A DNA stretch of 63,445 nt, counting the filler, from Octopus bimaculoides (taxonomy: Eukaryota): NCBI RefSeq assembly GCF_001194135.2. It is 7 parts of 7 records of this genome, joined end to end, with 100 filler letters (N's around TTAATTAATTAA, not from the genome) between each part and the next. Parts side by side here need not be neighbours in the genome. Positions count along the whole stretch, not along the records: positions 54,115 to 57,166 come from NC_069001.1; positions 57,267 to 58,537 come from NC_069006.1; positions 58,638 to 60,824 come from NC_068981.1; positions 60,925 to 62,035 come from NC_068990.1; positions 62,136 to 63,445 come from NC_068985.1; 2 more parts are not named here. One strand, 5' to 3'. Shown here piece after piece: positions 54,174 through 63,445 of the stretch. Positions within the stretch are counted from its first letter, which is position 1; each line of letters opens with the position of its first letter. Both the position numbers and the translations under genes were made by a program. The notes under the pieces are model-generated. The model ran no database searches, was not told the origin of the DNA, and saw only the letters and a program-made list of their open reading frames with translations.

Positions 54174-55292
54174 TGTGTGTGAGTGTGTGTGCACGCTCAC
54201 GCGTATATATATATATAATTTAAGCATGTTATATATGAAAACACAACAGAGTTGAGAAATTGTAGAACAACAATTTTATTCCATTTGTCATTAAACTTAA
54301 AAATATAATTTTAAATTCTCGATCTTTTAATCTATAAAATAATCTTTTAAATGAGTTGAAACCAGTATGTGATGAGGTAAAACACCCAATAAAATAAATG
54401 AAATCATTCTTATAATTTGTGTAAAATGACACTTGTAAATATGTGCAATGATAAAAAAAAATTATATTGAAAGTTGCGACGAACATTCGCTTATATATTA
54501 TTAGATTTATACCAATCACAACCCAAGTAGTTTTTATATACAATAGAAATTTCGTTGAAAATCGAGTTATACAATATGAATTTTTTTTCTTTTTTTTTGC
54601 ATTTGTATTTTACCAGTAGAGTCATAAAATATATAGATTATGGTAGCTTTCCAATTCTTGTGTACTCTACGTAAAATTAACCATTAACAAAACAGAATTC
54701 CTCAAAATAGAGGAATCTAACCGTGAGATTTAATTATTTACAGGACAAGGCTAAGGTGTTCTATAAATCGATAAGCCACATCTGTTGGTGTGTGCGTAGA
54801 ATTCTGTGTGAAATTGCATTCTGTGCCTTTGGTAAACCCAGTTAGAATAACAGTCTCGATGATGTATAACATAATTATCTTAATCATCAATCTTACCTTA
54901 TTCTATAAATATAAGTTGATATAAATTACGCGGCTAATTTATTAGTGTGGGCGGGGGGGACTTTTTTGTAATTGATGTTTGTGTAGCGATTTCAATGGAT
55001 TTTAAAATTCGGCAGGACAATGAGCTTTTTTTTAATTCTTAATCCTTACTAGTATCAATTTGGTTTAAATGCATAGTTACGACTAATTTCTGGAAGTACC
55101 TACAACAGGTACTGATTTGGCGCTCGTAACTCAGTTTTGTTCTTATTTATTTTTTTCTTTGTCTTTTTGTTTTTTTTTGTTTGTTTGTTTTTGGTGGGAG
55201 CGGGGGATTGTTTTTGCTTTGTTTCTTACTCACAGCCACTTTTGCTTTAGTTAAGGATGTTGTAGGTTGAAGAATATTTTCATTTGTTACAT

Positions 55293-55678
55293 TTGTTGTT
55301 GGCACTCCGTCGCTTACGACGTCGAGGGTTCCAGTTGATCCGATCAACGGAACAGCCTGCTCGTGAAATTAACGTGCTAGTGGCTGAGCACTCCACAGAC
55401 ACGTGTACCCTTAACGTAGTTCTCGGGCATATTCAGCGTGACACAGACTATGACAAGGTTGACCCTTTGAATTGCAGGCACAACAGAAACAGGAAGTAAG
55501 AGTGAGAGAAAGTTGTGGTGAAAGAGTACAGCAGGGTTCGCCACCATCCCCTGCCGGAGCCTCGTGGAGCTTTAGGTGTTTTCGCTCAATAAACACTCAC
55601 AACGCCCGGTCTGGGAATCGAAACCGCGATCCTATGACCGCGAGTCCGCTGCCCTAACCACTGGGCCATTGCGCCTCC
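55293..55678 (-). mobile_element. SINE family C, full length, tRNA-derived
   Basis: The minus strand reads GGAGGCGCAATGGCCCAGTGGTTAGG (A box) ... GGTTTCGATTCCC (B box), then a body shared with 20760-20975 and an (AAC)-like tail. Confidence 0.85.
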
Positions 55679-55959
55679 ACTGTTACATTTACCATTACGT
55701 TTTCAAGAGATGAATCCATGGCGCCATTTCCGTCGGAAAGCAATTTACGTTCCTCAAGAAATTCTTTGCTAAAGTACCCAACAGTAAATCTTCAAAATGG
55801 TTAACTCATGTTTTTAACTTTGGTTGGTCCAAAGTAAGGACAATTTAAAGGAAAGTATAGGAGTAGTTGGATTAGGTTCTTTTGGAATTCCTAGCAGGAA
55901 GTCACGTGATAAAGCCACTTCTACACAACCCATTCGGGCCCTGCTGCCCTCTGCCCTAT

Positions 55960-56074
55960 CATCAGGGTCGATTAAATAAGTACCAGCTACGCACTGGAAT
56001 CGATGTAATCGACTTAATCACTTTCCCCAAATTTGAGGCTTTGCACTGCCAATAGAAAGGATCATCATCATCAC

Positions 56075-56169
<95 letters not shown>

Positions 56170-56505
56170 TTGTTATTATTAATTGGGGTCGATAAATTAA
56201 GTACCAGTTATGCACTGAGGTCGATGTAATCGACTTAATCCTTTTGTCTGTCCTTGTTTGTCCCCTCTATGTTTAACCCCTTGTGGGCAATAAAGAAATG
56301 ATAATTAATATTATTATTAAGATGGCGAGCAGGACCGGAGAAAATACTTAGCGGCATGTCGTCCACGTCCTGAGTCCAAATTCCGCCGATGCTCACTTTA
56401 CCTTTCATCCTTTCGGGGTCTGTGATGTAGCAGTCGAACACTGGGGTCAGTGTAATTGTCTACCCGCCTCCCAGAATATTTGCCTGTACTAGAAAGATTT
56501 ATTAT
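55960..56505 (+). mobile_element. Cluster of three SINE family B fragments separated by (ATT)n
   Basis: GGGTCGAT..AAGTACCAG..GCACTG..GTCGATGTAATCGACTTAA repeats at about 55965 and 56185. A decayed head plus CCTTTCATCCTTTCGGGGTC lies at about 56320-56505. Confidence 0.8.
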
Positions 56506-56571
56506 AATACAAAATTGTATATGCTACAATTGACGTAAGCAAATTAAAACCACCTTTCTTCTTCAGCTTTT

Positions 56572-57147
56572 TTATTCCTTCAGGAACTCCCCATAATTAT
56601 GAACGGATATTAAAATCAACATAATTTGGTTGATCCTGTTGGAAAACCCTTGAATTACTTTGTCTTTGTGGTGGCAGTTAATCATTGAATAATATTCTGG
56701 ACTAGGATTAGATGACCAAGGACACAGTGGTTCATGAGTTGCAACCAGGGATTTCTTCAGCTTCTCACAGAATTCTTTATACGATTCTTGTTTGAAAGAA
56801 GCTGGCAACTTGGCACAAAGAGCAGCTTTGCAACAAACACAGTGTAGCATATCAACATCAGTGTTCTGCCAACAATATCGTGCACAGATCATTGGTGATG
56901 AAGACAAGGGTTTAGCAAACCAAGTCCGAACAATATATGACCTAACTCTGTTTAAATATTTTGTTTTATTCCGAGGATCGTTTGGTGTTTGGTCTTTAGA
57001 AGTATGATTCATATCATCACCATCACTATCATCTTCATTGTTAATCACAATATCTGGCGAAATTTTCGGACATTTTCCGACACCTGTCGATATAAACGAC
57101 GAGAATATATTTTTCACATCAACTCTATCTGACATGTTGTTGGCCAT
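56572..57147 (-). CDS. ZC3HC1: NIPA/ZC3HC1-like C3HC zinc-finger (BIR-like) protein, N-terminal module only; possibly a truncated paralog or retro-pseudogene
   Basis: The translation RVRSYIVRTWFAKPLSSSPMICARYCWQNTDVDMLHCVCCKAALCAKL...KLKKSLVATHEPLCPWSSNPSP matches the zf-C3HC pattern as I recall it for NIPA (RVETF..W.GKP..LSPL.CAKYGW....DML.C..C.A.LC...L...HE..C.W...PSP). The CxxC and HxxxC ligands are present. The frame stops at TAA shortly after the domain with no strong GT donor before it. Confidence 0.85.
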   Translation of the reverse strand: MANNMSDRVDVKNIFSSFISTGVGKCPKISPDIVINNEDDSDGDDMNHTSKDQTPNDPRNKTKYLNRVRSYIVRTWFAKPLSSSPMICARYCWQNTDVDMLHCVCCKAALCAKLPASFKQESYKEFCEKLKKSLVATHEPLCPWSSNPSPEYYSMINCHHKDKVIQGFSNRINQIMLILISVHNYGEFLKE

Positions 57148-57578
57148 TTTTGATCATCGACAAAATNNNNNNNNNNNNNNNNNNNNNNNNNNNNNNNNNN
57201 NNNNNNNNNNTTAATTAATTAANNNNNNNNNNNNNNNNNNNNNNNNNNNNNNNNNNNNNNNNNNNNTATATATATATATATACATATACATATGAGTTAC
57301 AAGTAATGCTATCTGTTGGAGTTTCAGCACTTTAGCTGCTATTTCTGAACTTCGGTATGTGGTGAAGCAACTGTTGCTGACCCCTTAATTATGTTTATAA
57401 ATGTATAAGAACTTTTAAATAAGTTCTTCACCGATAATGGTGTTTTCATACCGAAGGGCTTGGTAAAAATTATTAATTATTAATTTATTAATAAATTGAT
57501 AATCCTTTACCCTTTTAATTGTAATATATATATATATACACACACACACATACTTAAAGCAATTTTTGAATTCCTTAG

Positions 57579-57753
57579 GATGAAAAAGTCCAGATGGAAG
57601 ATAGCCATCGGCGTGAAATGGAAGAAGTAGACCAATATGTGGAACATATTCAGCAGTTGTCCGAGGATGGGGAGATGACCTTACAGACCCTGGAGTTTGA
57701 AAATAAACAGCTTAACGACAGAATCACGCAGCTAGCTGACAGTCAGAGCTCAG
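57579..57753 (+). CDS. Internal exon of a coiled-coil protein (DEKVQMEDSHRREMEEVDQYVEHIQQLSEDGEMTLQTLEFENKQLNDRITQLADSQSS)
   Basis: Acceptor ttccttAG ends at 57578 and donor CAG|GTAGT starts at 57754. The 175-nt frame is open, with E/Q/L-rich heptad-like composition and higher GC than the flanks. It reminds me of the N-terminus of CCDC30-like proteins (unverified recollection). Confidence 0.75.
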
Positions 57754-57886
57754 GTAGTATTATGTTTGATATCGCATTATATTGCAAATTCTGCATGGTT
57801 GTGCATAGCCTGCACGTAATTTTATATAGTAAAATGTATTACACTAAAACACTGTATAACAATTTTGATTTTCTCTTCTCTTTGTT

Positions 57887-58230
57887 CAGTAAGTGTTGTT
57901 TCCTATTTTGCTTCTATCTAGAAATCAGAGGAAGTGACTACTATTCCCTTCAAACTTTGCTTTTCTGATTTGGACATCAGTATTTCGAAACCGACCTATT
58001 TTCCATTACATTTCACACTGCTTCAACACTGAGTTACTGAAGCAGAAATATCGTTATAGTAAATATTCTACCACAGATTTGCTTGTTGTCTTTGGTCAGT
58101 AAGTGTTTTTTCCTATTTGCTTCTATCCAGAAATCAAAGGAAATGACTACTCTTCCCTTCAGACTTTGCTTTTCTGACCTGGACATCAATATTTTGAAAC
58201 TGACTTATTTTCCATTATACATCAACACTG
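57887..58230. repeat. Diverged local duplication (~135 bp unit)
   Basis: 57887-58020 and 58097-58230 are colinear with scattered substitutions. Confidence 0.85.
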
Positions 58231-58253
58231 GCTGTCAAGCAGTGATGAGGGAA

Positions 58254-58293
<40 letters not shown>

Positions 58294-58445
58294 AGTTTCT
58301 TTCAGCTTCCATCTACCAAATCCATTCACAAGGCTTTGGTCGGCCTGAGGTTATACTAGAAGACACTTGCCCTAGGTGCCATGCAGTGGGACTGAACCTG
58401 GAACCATGTGGTTGGGAAGCAAGCTTCTTACCACACAGCCACACT
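58230..58445 (-). mobile_element. SINE family A, 5' half
   Basis: Contains CTACCAAATCCATTCACAAGGCTTTGGTCGGCCTGAGG..GCAGTGGGACTGAACCTGGAACCATGTGG..CTTACCACACAGCC. Confidence 0.85.
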
Positions 58446-58680
58446 TTCACCTATATACTATTCTTTTTATAAAATTTTTATTGTCATTCAGTAGTTTGTT
58501 GATTTTTTTTTCTTCTTTTGAATCTTTGTTTTATTTCNNNNNNNNNNNNNNNNNNNNNNNNNNNNNNNNNNNNNNNNNNNNTTAATTAATTAANNNNNNN
58601 NNNNNNNNNNNNNNNNNNNNNNNNNNNNNNNNNNNNNATTAAGCCATAGTTTTGGGAAACAATGAACACACACACACACA

Positions 58681-58731
<51 letters not shown>

Positions 58732-58734
58732 TTA

Positions 58735-59050
58735 TAGTTGGAATTTACAAACAAACAAAACAAAAGACGAAGACGGGTTGTAAACAACAAACAGACGAAT
58801 TAGTTTATCGCTCGGAAAATGGGAAAGTCTACTATGTTTCGAGCCTACACTCTTCGATAGAAAAGAACAGAAATAAGCAGAGAGACAAAATATTACAGGT
58901 TTAGTGGCTTGGAAAAAACAAACAAAGTAAGAAGAAACGATAATAGGAATGGACAGAACGTACAAAAAAGTTCAAAGGTTCAATTGTCGTGGTGTATTGG
59001 AGCGATTTCTCATCAACGGAAGAATAGAGTGTAATCCATGTGTATGCTGG
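58735..59050 (-). mobile_element. Repeat homologous to 61345-61535 (putative Penelope-like terminal region) with a decayed hammerhead
   Basis: The minus strand CTATCGAAGAGTGTAGGCTCGAAACATAGTAGACTTTCCCATTTTCCGAGCG parallels the plus strand CTGTTGAAGAGCGTAGCTCGAAACGTCAAAGACTTTCCGTATTCCCGAGCG at 61412. Confidence 0.55.
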
Positions 59051-59738
59051 AGAGCTGCAGAAAAACCACGAGATGTAGGAAATTCCAGGAATAGGTTCGA
59101 AGTGTATGAAGTAGAGAGAGAGGATGAAACTGGTGCGACCATGTGAGCGTGCAATATATATATATATATATATATCATTATAAATATACAGGGATTAGCA
59201 ATTGAGTTGCTTCTCCAACATACTGAAAATTTAGAAATAGCAGTCAAAGAACTACTGATTCCAAACTACAAATTTTCTCTCAAGTGGATGGCGATATTTA
59301 TGGCACACATAGAACAAAAAACCGGAGGGAAAAAAAAAATATATNNNNNNNNNNNNNNNNNNNNNNNNNNNNNNNNNNNNNNNNNNNNNNNNNNNNNNNN
59401 NNNNNNNNNNNNNNNNNNNNNNNNNNNNNNNNNNNNNNNNNNNNNNNNNNNNNNNNNNNNNNNNNNNNNNNNNNNNNNNNNNNNNNNNNNNNNNNNNNNN
59501 NNNNNNNNNNNNNNNNNNNNNNNNNNNNNNNNNNNNNNNNNNNNNNNNNNNNNNNNNNNNNNNNNNNNNNNNNNNNNNNNNNNNNNNNNNNNNNNNNNNN
59601 NNNNNNNNNNNNNNNNNNNNNNNNNNNNNNNNNNNNNNNNNNNNNNNNNNNNNNNNNNNNNNNNNNNNNNNNNNNNNNNNNNNNNNNNNNNNNNNNNNNN
59701 NNNNNNNNNNNNNNNNNNNNNNNNNNNNNNNNNNNNNN

Positions 59739-59995
59739 CGTCAATTAATAATAGAATTAATAATTAACAATTCTGCCAAGTAGTTCAGTATGAAAAAAAC
59801 CTTTATTGGTAAGACTATTTATCATTATAAATATACAGGGATTAGCAATTGAGTTGCTTCTCCAACATAATGAAAATTTAGAAATAGCAGTCAAAGACCT
59901 ACTGATTCCAAACTACAAATTTTCTCTCAAGTGGATGGTGATATTTATGGCACACATAGAACAAAAAACCGGAGGGAAAAAAAAAATATATATAT
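59739..59995 (+). mobile_element. Non-autonomous DNA element (left terminal inverted repeat plus internal region), same family as 10633-10871
   Basis: See the 10633-10871 entry. The internal part is also duplicated at 59177-59340. Confidence 0.6.
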
Positions 59996-60004
59996 ATATT
60001 ATTC

Positions 60005-60211
60005 TTTGTTGCTTGCTTCAGTTATTTGACTGTGGTCATGCTGGAGCACCGTCTTTAATGGAGCAAATTCACCCCAGGACTTATTCTTTGTAAGCCTAGT
60101 ACTTTTTGTATCGGTCTCTTTTGCCGAAGAGCTAATGTTACCGGGATGTAAACACACCAGCATCGGTTGTCAAGCGATGTTGGGCGGACAAACACCGACA
60201 CACAAACATAT

Positions 60212-60230
<19 letters not shown>
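60005..60230 (-). mobile_element. SINE family A, 3' half
   Basis: Contains TTCAGTTATTTGACTGTGGTCATGCTGGAGCACCG..CACACCAGCATCGGTTGTCAAGCGATGTTGGG. Confidence 0.85.
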
Positions 60231-60307
<77 letters not shown>

Positions 60308-61406
60308 TTTACTTCTATTATGGTCATCTAGGACTATCAATTAGCACATATTTATATTGGTAATTAAACCTTTATAGCATATATTCCTGATCGCTCACCT
60401 TAACATCTAATCTACTTAAATCAATCATCAGATTCCTGTATCGATTATCCTTGTTATTTCCTAACATCCTTTGTTTTTTCAGTCCCTTAAACCTTAGTAA
60501 AGACATTATTATAAACTAATATAAATCCGATAATAATTTTTTATTTTTTATTCACATTATATAAATAAAGCTTACCTATGTGTCTCCTAAATAGTATCAT
60601 AATCTTATCTTCAGCTAAAATTTTTTAAGATAATTCAAAATAGTTTTCATGAAACCAATATACTTAATATCCTTAAATTTTACACCCTATCCAGAGCCCC
60701 TGAATTCAATACTGACATTATTTCATGATTTTTGTGGAAAATAACTACATCTCATTTTATTTATTTTATTAACATACCTCTTATTGTGAAAATATTGGTT
60801 AAAGTATTATTGTTGTATGTACCANNNNNNNNNNNNNNNNNNNNNNNNNNNNNNNNNNNNNNNNNNNNTTAATTAATTAANNNNNNNNNNNNNNNNNNNN
60901 NNNNNNNNNNNNNNNNNNNNNNNNATATAAACCATCGGAATATAAATTTGTAAGTGTATAATCTAATAATCGATTGAACCGTCTGTATCTTTATATATTT
61001 CTGAATTAATAAATAAATATATATACATATATATACCAGATTATGAATATAATAAACTTACACACATACATATGAATTTCTCTCTCTTTATCATAATATA
61101 TATCAATATAATACATATATTCCTACACACACGTGCGCACACATACACACTCACACACACACATGGAATGTATATGTATGCATGCATATTTATCTATATC
61201 TATATATGGATATATATATGTACATCGTGATATGTATAAGTATATATATATATACCATGACTTTCTAATTCTATCTCTTTTCCTTCAAGTTCCCTCTCTC
61301 AGTCTGTGTACATATATGTTTGTGTGCATATATATATATGTATGATTGACCGTTGACTGAACACTATTCAATTTTTTTCTCCGTGTTTTTCTCCTTGTCT
61401 CCGTAT

Positions 61407-61443
61407 TCTTTCTGTTGAAGAGCGTAGCTCGAAACGTCAAAGA
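61407..61443 (+). ncRNA. Minimal hammerhead-like motif with core variant CUGUUGA
   Basis: It reads TCTTT-CTGTTGA-A-GAGC-GTA-GCTC-GAAAC-GTC-AAAGA. Stem I (5 bp) and stem II (4 bp) are perfect and the triplet is GUC, but conserved A6 is U. Confidence 0.55.
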
Positions 61444-61656
61444 CTTTCCGTATTCCCGAGCGTCATACTAATATATACATTTGTTATTTACACCACCTGT
61501 CCTCGTCTGTTGTTATTTTTTGTATATTCTCCCATATATATGTATATATATATCTACAGTATATATGAATATATGTTTATATATATACATATATATATAT
61601 ATACATATATATATACCGGAGTAAGCACATGAAATGTGNNNNNNNNNNTCTCTCTC

Positions 61657-61693
<37 letters not shown>

Positions 61694-62002
61694 GCACATA
61701 TATTTATATACATGCATCATACACACATACATATACACCAAATGAGCACCATAAAGAATACTCACCATTCACCATGCCAACATTTCAAGCTCGTTAATAC
61801 AAATATGTTATCTTCTGAATTAAGCCGCGAGTAATTGAGATTTGGAATTTTTGTTTTTCTTCATTAGAACTCACACTAATTAGATGTTATATGTAGCACT
61901 TAAAAATATTTAGCAATAAAAAGCAATCTATCTGGGTATTTAAGCACATCTGGATGTGTATGAGTGGATATGTGTCGAAAGAAGTCAAGATATATCAGAA
62001 TA

Positions 62003-62035
<33 letters not shown>

Positions 62036-62465
62036 NNNNNNNNNNNNNNNNNNNNNNNNNNNNNNNNNNNNNNNNNNNNTTAATTAATTAANNNNNNNNN
62101 NNNNNNNNNNNNNNNNNNNNNNNNNNNNNNNNNNNTAGAATTTATTTTCGATAATTTTAATTGATTTTAATCGATTTAAATTTCATTGTATTGGAAAATT
62201 AGTTATGAAACACGTGTAGTCATTTTATTATTTTATCTTATGATATTTACTTTGTATTATATTATACTCATTTATTGTGCTTATAATTATTAATTTTTCT
62301 ATATGTGACAGTGGATTTTCATCGATGAGTTCATGAACCTTGGTTCTTGTCCCTAAAACTATATATTTATATATATTTTACTCTGTAAAGCTCAATTTAA
62401 TTTTAATTTTTTATAAATTGGTTTCAGTTGAGTTTTTACCTGTAATTTCGGATTTTGTTCCTAAT

Positions 62466-62497
<32 letters not shown>

Positions 62498-62624
62498 TAC
62501 ACATACATATATAAACTTACTTCGAAATGGATGAGTGGTGTTCAATCATATAATAATATAAATGATATATATATATATGCATATATACTTACATATATAT
62601 GTATATACATATGAATATATGGGT

Positions 62625-63215
62625 ACAGGACGTCATAAAACATAAACAACACAAGATACAAAAACATAGAATACAAACTCTTTTTTGCAAACAAAAGAAA
62701 CAAATGGCAAACAAGACAAGTAGCATAAAGAACAACCCTTCTTCAGTTGTCGGCTGTTTTATCTACTCAACATTTCAAGCAATTATGACAAAGCAAAATA
62801 AAATTTGGGATTTGCAGAGGGTCAAAGTTGGTAACAAAAACAGGACAGTGAATACATATATACATATAATATAAATAATATATATGCATATATACGTATA
62901 AATAATATATACATACACATATAATATAAATAATATATATGCATATATACATATAAATAATATATACATACACATATAATATAAATAATATATATGCATA
63001 TATACATATGTCTATGTACATACATCTATACGTATATATATATATGCATATGTGGGCACAGGAAACATGTACAACAAAAAAACACGTAGTACAAGTACAT
63101 GGAATAGGAACTATTTTTCGAACAACAAAAGACACATGGAAAACAAGACAAACAACATAAAGAACGCCCCTTCATCAGTTGTTGGCTGTTTTTCTACTTT
63201 CGTATTTCGAGCATA
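62625..63215. repeat. Two related copies of an unclassified interspersed repeat separated by TA-rich microsatellite
   Basis: AAACAAGACAAGTAGCATAAAGAACAACCCTTCTTCAGTTGTCGGCTG at about 62708 versus AAACAAGACAAACAACATAAAGAACGCCCCTTCATCAGTTGTTGGCTG at about 63141. Confidence 0.7.
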
Positions 63216-63226
63216 TAGCAACATAG

Positions 63227-63258
<32 letters not shown>

Positions 63259-63270
63259 ATATATGCATAC

Positions 63271-63301
<31 letters not shown>

Positions 63302-63445
63302 TATGCATACATATATATATACATATATATGCATACATATATATACACATATATATGCATACATATATATACATATATATGCATACATATATACATATAT
63401 ATGCATACATATATACATATATATGCATACATATATACATATATA

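Noticed and set aside
55925-55966. Minus-strand CTGATGA-TA-GGGC...GCCC-GAAT
   Set aside because: GAAA is GAAT, there is no cleavage triplet or stem I, and the 5' side belongs to an adjacent SINE.
62700-63215. Paired repeats containing CTGA(A/T)GAAGGG on the minus strand, with an upstream GCTCGAAA in one copy (possible type II hammerhead)
   Set aside because: Stem I cannot form and stem III is poor. Kept only as an unclassified repeat.

Overview
AT-rich eukaryotic draft-assembly sequence with many N gaps, dense (TA)n/(CA)n/(TAA)n microsatellites and recurring tRNA-derived SINEs. The repeat content is most consistent with a coleoid cephalopod (Octopus-like) scaffold; this is inferred from recollection of those families, not from a search. 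Nearly all ORFs in the supplied track are artefacts of N runs or simple repeats. Two segments look like real host coding sequence. One is an uninterrupted 191-aa minus-strand ORF (56572-57147) with a clear NIPA/ZC3HC1-type C3HC zinc module that stops early. The other is a 175-nt plus-strand coiled-coil exon (57579-57753). The rest is transposon debris: at least three SINE families, Tc1/mariner fragments and MITEs, a Jockey/L2-type RT fragment, and R4/Dong-type RLE retrotransposon fragments next to (TAA)n runs. The most interesting signals are minimal hammerhead-ribozyme motifs of the Penelope-associated type. One near-canonical copy (24039-24085, minus) lies downstream of a tRNA-like Pol III head in a composite element. 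A second family has an A6U core variant (61407-61443) and a decayed copy (58826-58866). I see no CRISPR array, rRNA, convincing tRNA gene or clearly new multi-gene system.
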